Source: an uncultured Holophagales bacterium
GTDB taxonomy: Bacteria > Acidobacteriota > Thermoanaerobaculia > Multivoradales > UBA5704
Length of the DNA stretch: 64,000 bases
NCBI GenBank assembly: GCA_963842525.1
Contig: CAWJGT010000003.1
Span: 992,001-1,056,000, forward strand
Direction: 5' to 3'
A program made the translations under genes and the position numbers. The notes under the pieces are model-generated. The model ran no database searches. It saw nothing but the letters and a program-made list of their open reading frames with translations, and was not told where the DNA came from. Positions 29,720 to 40,561 of the stretch are shown here, in pieces (within the stretch, counting starts at the first letter, position 1; each line of letters starts with the position of its first letter).

Positions 29720-31690
29720 CTACTTTGACTTCTTCCCCTTGACCTTCTTGACAGGCTTGGCCGGTGGCTTGGGCTTGTCGAGGCCCGAGGCACAGTCCGG
29801 ATAGCACGTGAAGGTCTCGCTGCAGTAGCTGATGTTTCCCGAGGCGTTCGCTTGCAGCGGCTGGCCCGTCTGGTAGACGGGGGAGTTCTCGGTCGCGCTC
29901 ATCAGAAGGTAGGTTGCATTCGAAGAGTACTTCTTCCAGGTCTGGCCGCTTGGGTCGGGATTGTGCCCGGAGACGAAGTTGCTCCAGAAGCTCGTCATTC
30001 CCCCGGACAGGAACTTGCCGCCAGGTGTCCAGCCCTGGTACAGCGTCGTGTCGCCGAAAACGTAAGGCAGCTCGGCACCATGGCACGTGGTCGACAGGCA
30101 GCAATAGGGGTTTTGCGGGCCGCATTGGCTGGCGAGGGTGCCGCACAAACCTGTCGAACCGGTCGGGCACGAGGAGGCGGGCGTCTGTTGGCAGCAGGTC
30201 GGATTGTGTCCGGAGTAGAAGGCCGAGACCGGGTTGAACTGGTATGCCCAGGCAGAGACCGGGCTTGGGGACCGTTGGGGATTGGTGACCTGGTTGGCAA
30301 CGTATTGGTTCGCGCAGGTGAAGACATAATCGCCCAGAAGGCTGATCGTCCCGTCGGTACAATCGGTCTGTCCAGCGGGGCAGTAGCGGCTCTTCACCTT
30401 GGTCCGGACGCTCGGATCGTTGTAGAAGACCGCTCCGACGAGCTCGTCGAACTTGGTTTGCGTAATCCGAGTGCCGAGCAGGTCCACGAAGAGGAGGCCT
30501 TCGTTGCGGTTGGTTCCCAGGATCAGCGGCACCTTCAGGTTGCCGGTCAGCTCGAGAGGCTGTTGCTCGGGAAGGTTCATGGTGTTGGGAAAGCTTGCGA
30601 GGTTGTAGACCGGCCCGCCGACGATCGGAGCCCAGGGGAAGAACGAGCGCAGGGGATGATACTCATGGATCTTTTTACCTTCGGCTGTCTCTTGGGCTTT
30701 CAAGATGTCACAGAGTGGAGTTTTCGTCGGATTCTGTGCCTTTGCGAAGCATTCTTGCCAATCGAGAATGCCCGTGCACCCCAGCGCCTCCATGACCTCC
30801 TTGAAGTAGTTCTGAGCCTGGGTTCGATTCTTGAGAGGAATGGCCAATGGATTGCTTTCCATCACGCCGGCCTGGATGTTCGGAACCTGTGTTGCCTCCA
30901 ACAGGTGCATGCCGACCGAATAGGCGCCCGCGCTCTCTCCGACCAGGGTGATGTTGTTCGGATTTCCGCCGAAGGCCGAGATATTGTCGATCACCCATTT
31001 GATGGCCAACTGCTGGTCCATCAAACCGAAGTTGCCCGCTGCCAGGTACTTGCCCGACGTTAAATTCGTGGTCGTCGAGGCCAGGAAGCCGAGCGCTCCG
31101 AGGCGATAGTTGAAGGTCACGACCACCTGGTTATAGGTATTGGCCAGATAGGCGCCGTCGAAGATGTTGCCATTGCAATTGGAGTCCGGCAGGTCGCTGC
31201 CCCCTTCGAGAAAGTCGCCGCCGTGGATGAACACCATGACCGGCCAGTTCCTGTTGGTGTTGATGTTTGGCGGAGTCCAGACGTTCAGGAAGAGACAATC
31301 TTCCGACATGTAGGCGGGGTTGGGGCCCGAGCCTCCGCAGTTGTCCTGGGCTTGGCAGGTGCTCTTGATCTGGGGGCAGATGGGCCCGTACTGGCTCGCC
31401 CATTGAATTCCGGTTCCGTTGTAGGGAATGGCCTGCTTCCAGCGCGTCAACGCCTGCGTGGCATAGCGAACTCCGAGAAATGCCGGCGTCGGCTGCGCCG
31501 CATTCCCATGCACGTTTTCGTACTTTCCGCAGACCAAGTGCTGCCCTGCCCCCGACCCTACGGTGACGCAAGGAGGTTGTCCCTGTGCGTGGACCCTGCC
31601 GGCGAGGACCAGGAGCCCCGCCATCATCAACGCCGGGACCCATCTGGACCCGGCCTCCAACTGCCGACACAACGACTTCTCGTAGCTCAT
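29720..31690 (-). CDS. secreted type-B carboxylesterase/lipase
   Basis: SEDCLFLNVW, IHGG, NYRLG, GESAG (catalytic Ser), NRNEG (Glu), CHGAEL (His). Confidence 0.92.
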   Translation of the reverse strand: MSYEKSLCRQLEAGSRWVPALMMAGLLVLAGRVHAQGQPPCVTVGSGAGQHLVCGKYENVHGNAAQPTPAFLGVRYATQALTRWKQAIPYNGTGIQWASQYGPICPQIKSTCQAQDNCGGSGPNPAYMSEDCLFLNVWTPPNINTNRNWPVMVFIHGGDFLEGGSDLPDSNCNGNIFDGAYLANTYNQVVVTFNYRLGALGFLASTTTNLTSGKYLAAGNFGLMDQQLAIKWVIDNISAFGGNPNNITLVGESAGAYSVGMHLLEATQVPNIQAGVMESNPLAIPLKNRTQAQNYFKEVMEALGCTGILDWQECFAKAQNPTKTPLCDILKAQETAEGKKIHEYHPLRSFFPWAPIVGGPVYNLASFPNTMNLPEQQPLELTGNLKVPLILGTNRNEGLLFVDLLGTRITQTKFDELVGAVFYNDPSVRTKVKSRYCPAGQTDCTDGTISLLGDYVFTCANQYVANQVTNPQRSPSPVSAWAYQFNPVSAFYSGHNPTCCQQTPASSCPTGSTGLCGTLASQCGPQNPYCCLSTTCHGAELPYVFGDTTLYQGWTPGGKFLSGGMTSFWSNFVSGHNPDPSGQTWKKYSSNATYLLMSATENSPVYQTGQPLQANASGNISYCSETFTCYPDCASGLDKPKPPAKPVKKVKGKKSK

Positions 31691-31843
31691 TTCTGACCTC
31701 CGTCTGGATCTGGAACGGACTCAAGCCGATCCTGTTTTGGAGAGGACGCGCGATCCGTGGACGGATCTGGTCATGGCAGCCGCGGCGAGCCGCCTTGGGC
31801 AGATCTCACGCCCGAACTGCGGTAAAATCGGAACCGCGAAACC

Positions 31844-34800
31844 ATGCAAGACCTCCGCATCCTCTTCGCTGCCGCCGCAGACACGGGCTACCGTGCTCAG
31901 CTTGCCGATGCCAAGGGCCGCAGGCTTGGTGTCGAAGCTCCGTTCACGCCGTTCCTCACCGAGGACGATTACGAGGACCTGCGCTGGTATCTGGAGGAGT
32001 ACATGGACCTGCCCGATGGCGGGGCGGTCATCCGGGCGCAGCGTATCGAACGGGACCTTGGGCACTGGGGCCGCAGGCTCTACGACGTCCTGTTCACGGT
32101 CGCGGACAACCGCGATTTTCTGAGAGAGCTTCTCGCCGGTCCGGAGCCGCGCAGGTTGACCATCGCCACCCGGGACCCGGCGCTGCTGCGGCTGCCGTGG
32201 GAGCTGATGGCCGATGACGCGGGCAGCCTGGCGCAGCGCTTGTCGGTGCGCCGGCAGTTGGAGCAGCCGGAAGAGACCACGCCGCGCCCGGCGCAGCTCC
32301 CGCTGCGCATCCTCTACATCGTCAGCCGTCCGGCCAATGCGGGCTTTATCGATCCGCGGCTCACGTCGAAGGCGCTCTTCGATGCTTTGGATCCACTCGG
32401 TGCCAGCGTGCGCGTGGATTTCTGCCGTCCGCCCACTCTTGCACGCATGGAAGAGATGCTGCGCGACGAACAGGTGGCCGGAGATCCATATGACCTCGTT
32501 CACTTCGATGGCCACGGTACCTTCCTGCCGCAAGCGCAGATCGGTGCATTGCTTTTCGAGAAGTCCGACGACGGCTCCGGCGCATCCGTGGCCGACCTCG
32601 TTCCGGCCGATCGTCTCGGCGATCTGCTGGCGAGCTACACCATCCCGCTCGTCGTGCTCGAAGCGTGCCGCAGCGCCACGGTAGGCAAGACCGCCGTCTT
32701 TCGCTCCGTCGCACCGCGCCTGATCCAGGCGGGTGTGGGTAGCGTGCTCTCGATGGGCCATGCCGTCCATGTCGAGGCCGCGCGGCGGCTGCTCGACCGC
32801 TTCTATCGCGAGCTCGTCCGCGGCACCACGATCGGACAGGCCGTGGCCGAGGCCCGGAAGGCACTGCTGTCCAGTCCGGCGCGCTGGATCGAACCTGGTC
32901 CCGGTGGACGCACGATCGAGCTGCGCGACTGGTTTCTGCCGCACCTCTACCAGAGCGCCGAGGATGACGCGCTCGTCCCGCCCGAGGCCGAGCGGCAGCA
33001 CCTGGTGTGGCGGTTCGACGTATTCTTGAGTCATCAGCACAACGACTCCACTCGTGTCGAGGCGCTCGCCCTCCAGCTCAAAGAGAAGCACGGCCTACGT
33101 GTGTGGCTGGACCTATGGGAGTGCGATACGGGCGACGACGTGGAACCCCGTTGCGAGATCGGCATCAAGAACAGCCGCTTCACCGTCGTCGTCGGATCAC
33201 AAACCGCGCTGAGATCGAAGTGGGTGCAATGGGAGATCGACCGGCACCTGGCCTTCCATCCCGAGGGCGATCGACTGATCCCTATCAAGCTCGAGCGGCT
33301 GGAGCTCCCGCCCGAATTGAATGATTTGCGTTGGGTGGATTTCACCGATCCTGCCCAGGACGCCGAAGCCGCCGTACACCTTGCCCGGCTCGTCCGAAGC
33401 ACGGACGCCGAGCACGCCCGCCAGCGCCGTGGGTTCCGCAGCCCGGCTAATCCCTTTCCGCTCCCGCCCCAGCATGGCTTCCATGGGCGGGCGCGGGAAC
33501 TTTACGAGTTGGAGCGACAGCTTTGGACCGAGCGCGGCATTGTGTTGCACGCCATGGGCGGCATGGGCAAGACTGCGCTCGCCACAGAGGCCGCTCACTG
33601 GTGGGCACGCAGCGGCCTGTTCCGCGACGGAGCGTGCTTCTTGAGCTTCGAGCAGTTCGCCAGCGCCGACCGCGTCGTGCAGGTGCTCGGCAGCTATCTC
33701 GGCGGGCCGAGGTTCGAACAGCTCCCCGCCGTCGAGCAACGCGACCGCGCCATCGAGCTCTTCCAGGAAAAGGGAGTTCTCATGGTCTGGGACAACTTCG
33801 AGAGCGCCTTGCCGCAGTTCAATGACGGCGGCGCTCCCCACGGCAACCCTTACACCGACGTCGAGCGCCAACGCCTCGCCGAGCTGTTCCGCGATCTCAC
33901 CAACGGCCCGGGGAAAGGTTGTCTTCTCGTCACCTGCCGCCCTGGCGACACCGGATTGCCCGGTGCGCAGCCGTACGAGCTCCAAGGTCTGGCCCGAGCC
34001 GACAGCCTCTGGCTCCTCGCGAGCATCCTGCGGCGCGACGGCCTCACCCTTGCCGATCCCCGGCTGAGCCGCGACAAGCTCGATCCGCTCCTGCGCGACC
34101 TAGCTGATCACCCGCTCTCCCTGGAGCTTGTCGGCCCCTATCTGCGCACCCTCACCCCCGAGGCCATCCGTGCGGACTTCGGCAAGCTCCTCGCAAAGTT
34201 TCAGCAGGAAACCCCCGAAGGCCGAAACCAATCCCTGCTCGCCTCTCTGGAGTTCTCCCTCCGCCACCTGAGCCCCGCCGCCCGCGAAGCCCTGCCCTGG
34301 CTCGGCCTCTTCAGCGGCGGGGTGTTCGAGATCAATCTGCTCGAGGTGAGCCATCTTGCCCCGGAGGACTGGGAACCTATCCGGCGGGAGTTGCAAGGCA
34401 TCGCCCTCCTGCGCTCCGAGGACGACATCCAGATCGGAGACCGCCCTTTCCTGCGCTTCCACCCCACCCTCGCCTCGACCGCCGCCGGTCCCACCCTTGC
34501 GCAGAATCCAGAGATCCGACAACGCTTCCTTAGCTCCTATGGTGCCTTTATGCGGGTTCTGGCCAAGGCGCTGAGTGGCGCGCAATCGCATGGCGCACTG
34601 GAAGCCCTGAACCGCGAGGAGGCGAACTACCGCACCGCGGTCCAATGGGCTGTGGCCGATCAGCAGCTCCAAGCCGCCGCAAGGCTGGGCGCCGCATTCT
34701 CTCTCTACCTCAAAAGGTCAGGGCGCCTCCGCGAACGCGATGCTTGGGTGCAGTGGCTGAAGGATGCGGTAGATCAACAGGGCTTCACGGAAGAAGCCGC

Positions 34801-36265
34801 TGACTACGAGCGGCAGCACGCCTGGACGCGCTTCACCCAGGGCAATCCGCAGGGCGCGGTGGATCAGCTTCAAACCCTCATCGACCGCCTCCGCAACACG
34901 ACTGAATTCGATCCCGCGTTTCAGTTGGCGCTGGCGGTCCTCGACTTGGGCAAGGTGCTGGAACATGCAGGCGCCTCTGCGCAAGCCATCCCCTTCTTGC
35001 GGCAGGCTGTCGGCCACTGGGAGGCGTTGGTGGAGAAAAACGGAGGCCGCTTCTCGGAAGGGTCCATGGCCTCTCCCGACGACGCGACGGCTGCGCCGGA
35101 ACTGGGCTACCTTTCAGCCGCCATGGGCGATCTGGCAAATGCTCTGAGTGACGCAGGCCAACACGATGAAGCTCTAGCCGTGGCGGAAAGAGGGCTGCAG
35201 ATTAACAAGAGGAGGGGCGACCACCGCGAGGTCGCCGCTTATCAAACCTGTTGCGCCAGCATCCTCAAGGCAACTGGCCGCTACGACGAGGCCGACGCCC
35301 GCTACGACCTAGCTCTCGCCGCCGCCCGCCAAGCTGGGGACAGGGATCTGGAGGGAACAATCCTTCAGCATCAGGGCGGCCTTGCCAACGATCGCAACCA
35401 ACTCGATCGCGCCAGCCTCCTCTCCCAGGAGGCGCTAGAGTCCTTTCAGGAGGCGGGCGCTCAGGGTTCGATGGTGCGGACCTACAACCTCCTCGGCGTA
35501 GTTGAACAAAAGTCTGGCCGGCTGGCCGAGGCACGAGCGTGGTATGAGAAATCGCGCGAGCTGGCCGTGCAACTGAAGGATCAGGTCGGCCTAGGCCAGG
35601 CAGCTCAGAACATCGGCATGGTCTGGCAACAGGAAGGCGACGCCGCCCGCAAGCGGGGCGAGGAGCCCGACGCCCGGCGGCACTTCGAAGAAGCCTGTCG
35701 CTTTGTGGCGGAAAGTCTGCGGATCTGGAAAGCCCAGAAAAACAAACCATATGAAGCCGCTTCATGGAACGGACTCGCACAGATTCACCTCCGACTCGGC
35801 GATCTTGCCGCCGCCGAACGCCATGCCCACGCAGCTCGCCAGATCCACGAATCCCTCGGCCTCAAGGAAGCTTGGAGGGACTACAACACCCTCTCCGAGA
35901 TCGCCCAAGCCCGCGGCGACCTCGCTGCTGCCGCCGAGTGGGCCAAGAAACGCGATGACCTGCTTGCCGAGCTCAAGCGTCGCGCTGGAGGAGGCGGTGA
36001 CCTGCCTGCCCAGATGCTCGAGGCCCTGCAAGCCCTGACTCTTGCCTGTGCCCAAGCTGGCTTCGGGGATGGCGGCCTCGGCCCTGGCGAGGAAGAAGCC
36101 CTTGCCCAACTCGATGGGCTCCCTGCCCAGTTTCCTGACTTTGCCGCCTTTCTCCGTCAGATCGCCGCGGGTGAGCTGCCACCGATTCCCAACGGCCTGC
36201 CGGTCGAGCTTCGGCAGTGGCTGGAGGAGTTGGTGCAGGCGATCAGTGATCCTGCAACGCCCTGA
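31844..36265 (+). CDS. CHAT-TIR-STAND NTPase-TPR multidomain protein
   Basis: LVHFDGHG and LEAC (CHAT); FDVFLSH...VWLD...WVQWE (TIR); GGMGKT and VWDNFE (Walker A/B); C-terminal TPRs. Confidence 0.9.
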   Translation: MQDLRILFAAAADTGYRAQLADAKGRRLGVEAPFTPFLTEDDYEDLRWYLEEYMDLPDGGAVIRAQRIERDLGHWGRRLYDVLFTVADNRDFLRELLAGPEPRRLTIATRDPALLRLPWELMADDAGSLAQRLSVRRQLEQPEETTPRPAQLPLRILYIVSRPANAGFIDPRLTSKALFDALDPLGASVRVDFCRPPTLARMEEMLRDEQVAGDPYDLVHFDGHGTFLPQAQIGALLFEKSDDGSGASVADLVPADRLGDLLASYTIPLVVLEACRSATVGKTAVFRSVAPRLIQAGVGSVLSMGHAVHVEAARRLLDRFYRELVRGTTIGQAVAEARKALLSSPARWIEPGPGGRTIELRDWFLPHLYQSAEDDALVPPEAERQHLVWRFDVFLSHQHNDSTRVEALALQLKEKHGLRVWLDLWECDTGDDVEPRCEIGIKNSRFTVVVGSQTALRSKWVQWEIDRHLAFHPEGDRLIPIKLERLELPPELNDLRWVDFTDPAQDAEAAVHLARLVRSTDAEHARQRRGFRSPANPFPLPPQHGFHGRARELYELERQLWTERGIVLHAMGGMGKTALATEAAHWWARSGLFRDGACFLSFEQFASADRVVQVLGSYLGGPRFEQLPAVEQRDRAIELFQEKGVLMVWDNFESALPQFNDGGAPHGNPYTDVERQRLAELFRDLTNGPGKGCLLVTCRPGDTGLPGAQPYELQGLARADSLWLLASILRRDGLTLADPRLSRDKLDPLLRDLADHPLSLELVGPYLRTLTPEAIRADFGKLLAKFQQETPEGRNQSLLASLEFSLRHLSPAAREALPWLGLFSGGVFEINLLEVSHLAPEDWEPIRRELQGIALLRSEDDIQIGDRPFLRFHPTLASTAAGPTLAQNPEIRQRFLSSYGAFMRVLAKALSGAQSHGALEALNREEANYRTAVQWAVADQQLQAAARLGAAFSLYLKRSGRLRERDAWVQWLKDAVDQQGFTEEAADYERQHAWTRFTQGNPQGAVDQLQTLIDRLRNTTEFDPAFQLALAVLDLGKVLEHAGASAQAIPFLRQAVGHWEALVEKNGGRFSEGSMASPDDATAAPELGYLSAAMGDLANALSDAGQHDEALAVAERGLQINKRRGDHREVAAYQTCCASILKATGRYDEADARYDLALAAARQAGDRDLEGTILQHQGGLANDRNQLDRASLLSQEALESFQEAGAQGSMVRTYNLLGVVEQKSGRLAEARAWYEKSRELAVQLKDQVGLGQAAQNIGMVWQQEGDAARKRGEEPDARRHFEEACRFVAESLRIWKAQKNKPYEAASWNGLAQIHLRLGDLAAAERHAHAARQIHESLGLKEAWRDYNTLSEIAQARGDLAAAAEWAKKRDDLLAELKRRAGGGGDLPAQMLEALQALTLACAQAGFGDGGLGPGEEEALAQLDGLPAQFPDFAAFLRQIAAGELPPIPNGLPVELRQWLEELVQAISDPATP

Positions 36266-36324
36266 ACGACTCCAGGCTCCGTCAAGGTGGGTGGTAGCGT
36301 GGGCGGGACCTCACCCCCTGGCCC

Positions 36325-36558
36325 CATAGGCGCTAACTTACCGCTGCCCCGGCGCGCCCCGCCACTGTAGAGACGCCCCGTGGGGCGTCTCCGAAGCGGC
36401 GACATCGTTCAGAGGCCAGCGCAGGTGCGCGGTCACCCGACTGACATTGCGCCCGATCCGCCACCTTCCAATTCGGTCCGTCTTTGCCGCCGCGGAGACG
36501 CCCCACGGGGCGTCTCTACAGTGGCGCCTGCGGCGGGGTGGGTAAGTTAGCGCCTATG
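36325..36558. mobile_element. 234-bp MITE with IS4-family (IS186-like) ends
   Basis: Perfect 18-bp TIR CATAGGCGCTAACTTACC / GGTAAGTTAGCGCCTATG; flanking duplication CCCCCTGGCCC; no transposase. Confidence 0.8.
36361..36525. repeat. GTAG-type REP inverted doublet (REPIN-like) inside the MITE
   Basis: GCCACTGTAGAGACGCCCCGTGGGGCGTCTCCG and its exact reverse complement at 36493-36525. Confidence 0.8.
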
Positions 36559-36889
36559 CCCCCCTGGCCCCCTCTCCCATCTTCCACCCTCCCTTCCCCG
36601 GGAGAGGGGGAACGTGTTTGTTGCCTCTGTGGTGAGCCCGCAAAACGGCTCGTGATGCGTTTCCCCGGGCTTGCGAATTGTGTTGTGATTGTGCGCGCCA
36701 TGATACGCAATCGATACGAAGAGCACAAACGGCGGGCTGGAGGAGCAGCTCCGCGATGTGCTCGGCTATGAGCCGGACCGCGGCTCCCTCCTCCGGATTC
36801 TCCGAGAGCTGGTCCGAGAAGAGAGTCCCCGCGTCCAGCCTCTGGGGACCGGCCAGATCCCCACGGTGTAACCGCAAGACCGGCGGGCT

Positions 36890-37185
36890 ACACACGCCTG
36901 AGCCCGACATCACTACCGCCACAATCTGCATCACCACGCGTTCGGACTGCAACGCTCCGATCACAACGCGAGACACTCCTGCCGATTCGTGCATCACGCG
37001 TGCCAGTCCGTGAGACACTCCTTGTAGCTCAGGAGTCACTCCTGCCACTCTCGGAGTGTGTCGAGGCACGCTGGGAGTGATGCGCGCCACCCTCGGAATG
37101 ATTCGCGCCACACTCGGAGTGTCGCACGCCACGCTGGGAGTGATGTCTGCCGCGGCCGTAGTGATGCACGCCACGATAGTTGTGG
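36890..37185. repeat. degenerate 21-bp periodic array, quasi-palindromic
   Basis: About 14 units, e.g. ATGCGCGCCACCCTCGGAATG / ATTCGCGCCACACTCGGAGTG / TCGCACGCCACGCTGGGAGTG. Confidence 0.65.
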
Positions 37186-37404
37186 CGTCCGAAAAGGCGG
37201 CCGTCTTGCCGCTTTTCGCAGGTGCGATAGAGCTTCCAGGCGGAGCGCCGCCGAATGCAGCGAGAGTGCTCCGCGCTACGGCGGTAGGAGCGGCGAGCTC
37301 GGAGCGGCCGGCGCCCATTCCGGCGCTGGTGAGCCCGCAATCGGGTCGAGTCGCTGTAAACGCCTTCTTGGCGATCCGCGCCTGACGATGTAGAATATCA
37401 AGCT

Positions 37405-37481
37405 GTCCGAGGAGCGTTGCAGGAGGCCCCTCCTCCCAGGCTCGGACGCCGGCCATGACCGGGAGCACGAACGGCGCTCAC
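37405..37481 (+). ncRNA. SAH riboswitch
   Basis: CCGAGGAGCGTTGCAG...CCAGGCTCGG...AACGGCGCTC consensus with pseudoknot pairing GAGCG/CGCTC, directly upstream of ahcY. Confidence 0.9.
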
Positions 37482-37541
37482 CTCAACCCTTTCCGGGCCG
37501 GTGAGCGACCCTCCCGCCCGGGACCCTCTGAGGAGGTCATC

Positions 37542-38978
<1,437 letters not shown>

Positions 38979-38979
38979 G

Positions 38980-39127
38980 CCCTCTCCCCCGACCCCTCTC
39001 CCGCGCGGCCACCACCGTCCACCCCGAGCGGGAGAGGGGCGCCACCACCCAGCCTCTCTCCTTCCCCCTCTCCCGTTCGGAGTGGGGGGCGGGGGACGCA
39101 CGGGAGAGGGGGCCAGGGGGTGAGGGT
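38980..39127. repeat. REP-like CCCTCTCCC...GGGAGAGGG palindrome pair between convergent genes
   Basis: Two CCTCTCCC/GGGAGAGG hairpins; right end is the reverse complement of CCCTCACCCCCTGGCCCCCTCTCCC. Confidence 0.7.
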
Positions 39128-39132
39128 TCGGA

Positions 39133-40509
39133 TCACGCTGACGTGACGGCCCGCAGCCGTGGCGTCCTCTCGGCCTGCGACATCCGATTCGCGATCAGCA
39201 GCGCCATCTCCAGGGCCTGCTCGTAGTTGAGGCGCGGGTCGACCTGCGACTGGTAGAAGTGGCGCAGGTCTTCGTCGTTCAAGCCGCGGGCGCCGCCCGT
39301 GCACTCGGTCACGTTGTCGCCGGTCAGCTCGAAGTGGACGCCGCCGAGGTAGGAGCCGGCCTCCTGGTGGATGTCGAAGGCCTGCTCGAGCTCGGCGAGG
39401 ATGTGGTCGAAGCGCCGGGTCTTCACGTTGTTCGCGGTCGTCTCGGTGTTGCCGTGCATCGGATCGCAGACCCAGAGGGCTGTGCGGCCGGTCCGGCGGA
39501 CCGCGTCGAGCAGCGGCGGCAGGCCGTCGGCGATCCGGCGGTGGCCGAACCGGTGGATGAAGGTGAGGCGGCCCGGCTCGCGGCGGGGATCGAGGATCTC
39601 CGCGAGCTCCAGGAGGGTCTCGGGGGTCACTCCCGGCCCTACCTTGAGGCCGATCGGGTTGGCAATGCCACGGAAGTACTCGACGTGCGAGCCGTCGGGC
39701 TGCGCGGTGCGCATGCCGATCCAGGGGAAGTGGGTCGAGAGGTTGTACCAGCCGGTGCGGTGCGGCACCTGCCGTGTCTGCGCCTGCTCGTAGAGGAGGT
39801 GCAGCCCCTCGTGGCTGGTGAAGTAGTCCACCCGCCCGAGCTCGCCCACCGACTGGCCGGCCAGGGTCTCCAGGAAGCGCAGCGACTCGCCGATCGCGGA
39901 GACGATCCGCTGGTACTCCTCGGCGTGCGGCGAGTGCTGGACCCAGTCGAGGTCCCAGTATTCGGGGTGGTGGAGGTCGGCGAAGCCGCCGTCGATCAGG
40001 GAACGGATGAAGTTGATCGTGAGGCCGGCCCGCTCATAGCCGCGCAGCAGGAGGTCGGGGTTGGGCGTGCGGTCGGCCAGGGTGTACGGCGCGCGGTTCA
40101 CCAGCTCGCCGCGGTAGGACGGCAGCGAGACGCCGTCGCGGGTCTCCATGTCCTCGCTGCGCGGCTTGGCGTACTGGCCGGCGAAGCGCCCCACCCGGAT
40201 GATCTTTTTGCGCAGGCCGTGGGTGAGCACCAGGCTCATCTGGAGGAGGATCTTCAGCTTGTTGGCGATCACCGCCGAGGTGCAGTCGGCGAAGCTCTCG
40301 GCGCAGTCGCCCCCCTGGAGGAGGAACCGCTGGCCGCTGGCCGCCTCGGCGAGCTGCGACTTCAGCCGTTCGATCTCCCAGGAGGTGACCAGCGGCGGCA
40401 GGCAGGACAGGTTGCCCAGCACCTCCTCCAGGTGCGCGGCATCCGGATAGGCCGGCTGCTGGAGCGTGCGCTTGCTCTGCCAGGAGGTGGGGGTCCAGTC
40501 GGGCGCCAT
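39133..40509 (-). CDS. class II DAHP synthase (3-deoxy-7-phosphoheptulonate synthase)
   Basis: LQGGDCAESF, GRFAGQYAKPRS, CDPMHGNT, GGVHFELTG, DPRLN. Confidence 0.96.
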   Translation of the reverse strand: MAPDWTPTSWQSKRTLQQPAYPDAAHLEEVLGNLSCLPPLVTSWEIERLKSQLAEAASGQRFLLQGGDCAESFADCTSAVIANKLKILLQMSLVLTHGLRKKIIRVGRFAGQYAKPRSEDMETRDGVSLPSYRGELVNRAPYTLADRTPNPDLLLRGYERAGLTINFIRSLIDGGFADLHHPEYWDLDWVQHSPHAEEYQRIVSAIGESLRFLETLAGQSVGELGRVDYFTSHEGLHLLYEQAQTRQVPHRTGWYNLSTHFPWIGMRTAQPDGSHVEYFRGIANPIGLKVGPGVTPETLLELAEILDPRREPGRLTFIHRFGHRRIADGLPPLLDAVRRTGRTALWVCDPMHGNTETTANNVKTRRFDHILAELEQAFDIHQEAGSYLGGVHFELTGDNVTECTGGARGLNDEDLRHFYQSQVDPRLNYEQALEMALLIANRMSQAERTPRLRAVTSA

Positions 40510-40561
40510 ACCGTTCGAATCTAGCATCTCGTGCTCCGGAACGGTATGGCGCCCTCGTGCG

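Noticed and set aside
36554-37468. 304-aa minus-strand ORF as a real gene
   Set aside because: It spans the riboswitch, the 21-bp array and a REP; no recognisable domain or RBS.
37405-37481. Novel structured RNA upstream of ahcY
   Set aside because: It matches the known SAH riboswitch consensus in its expected context.
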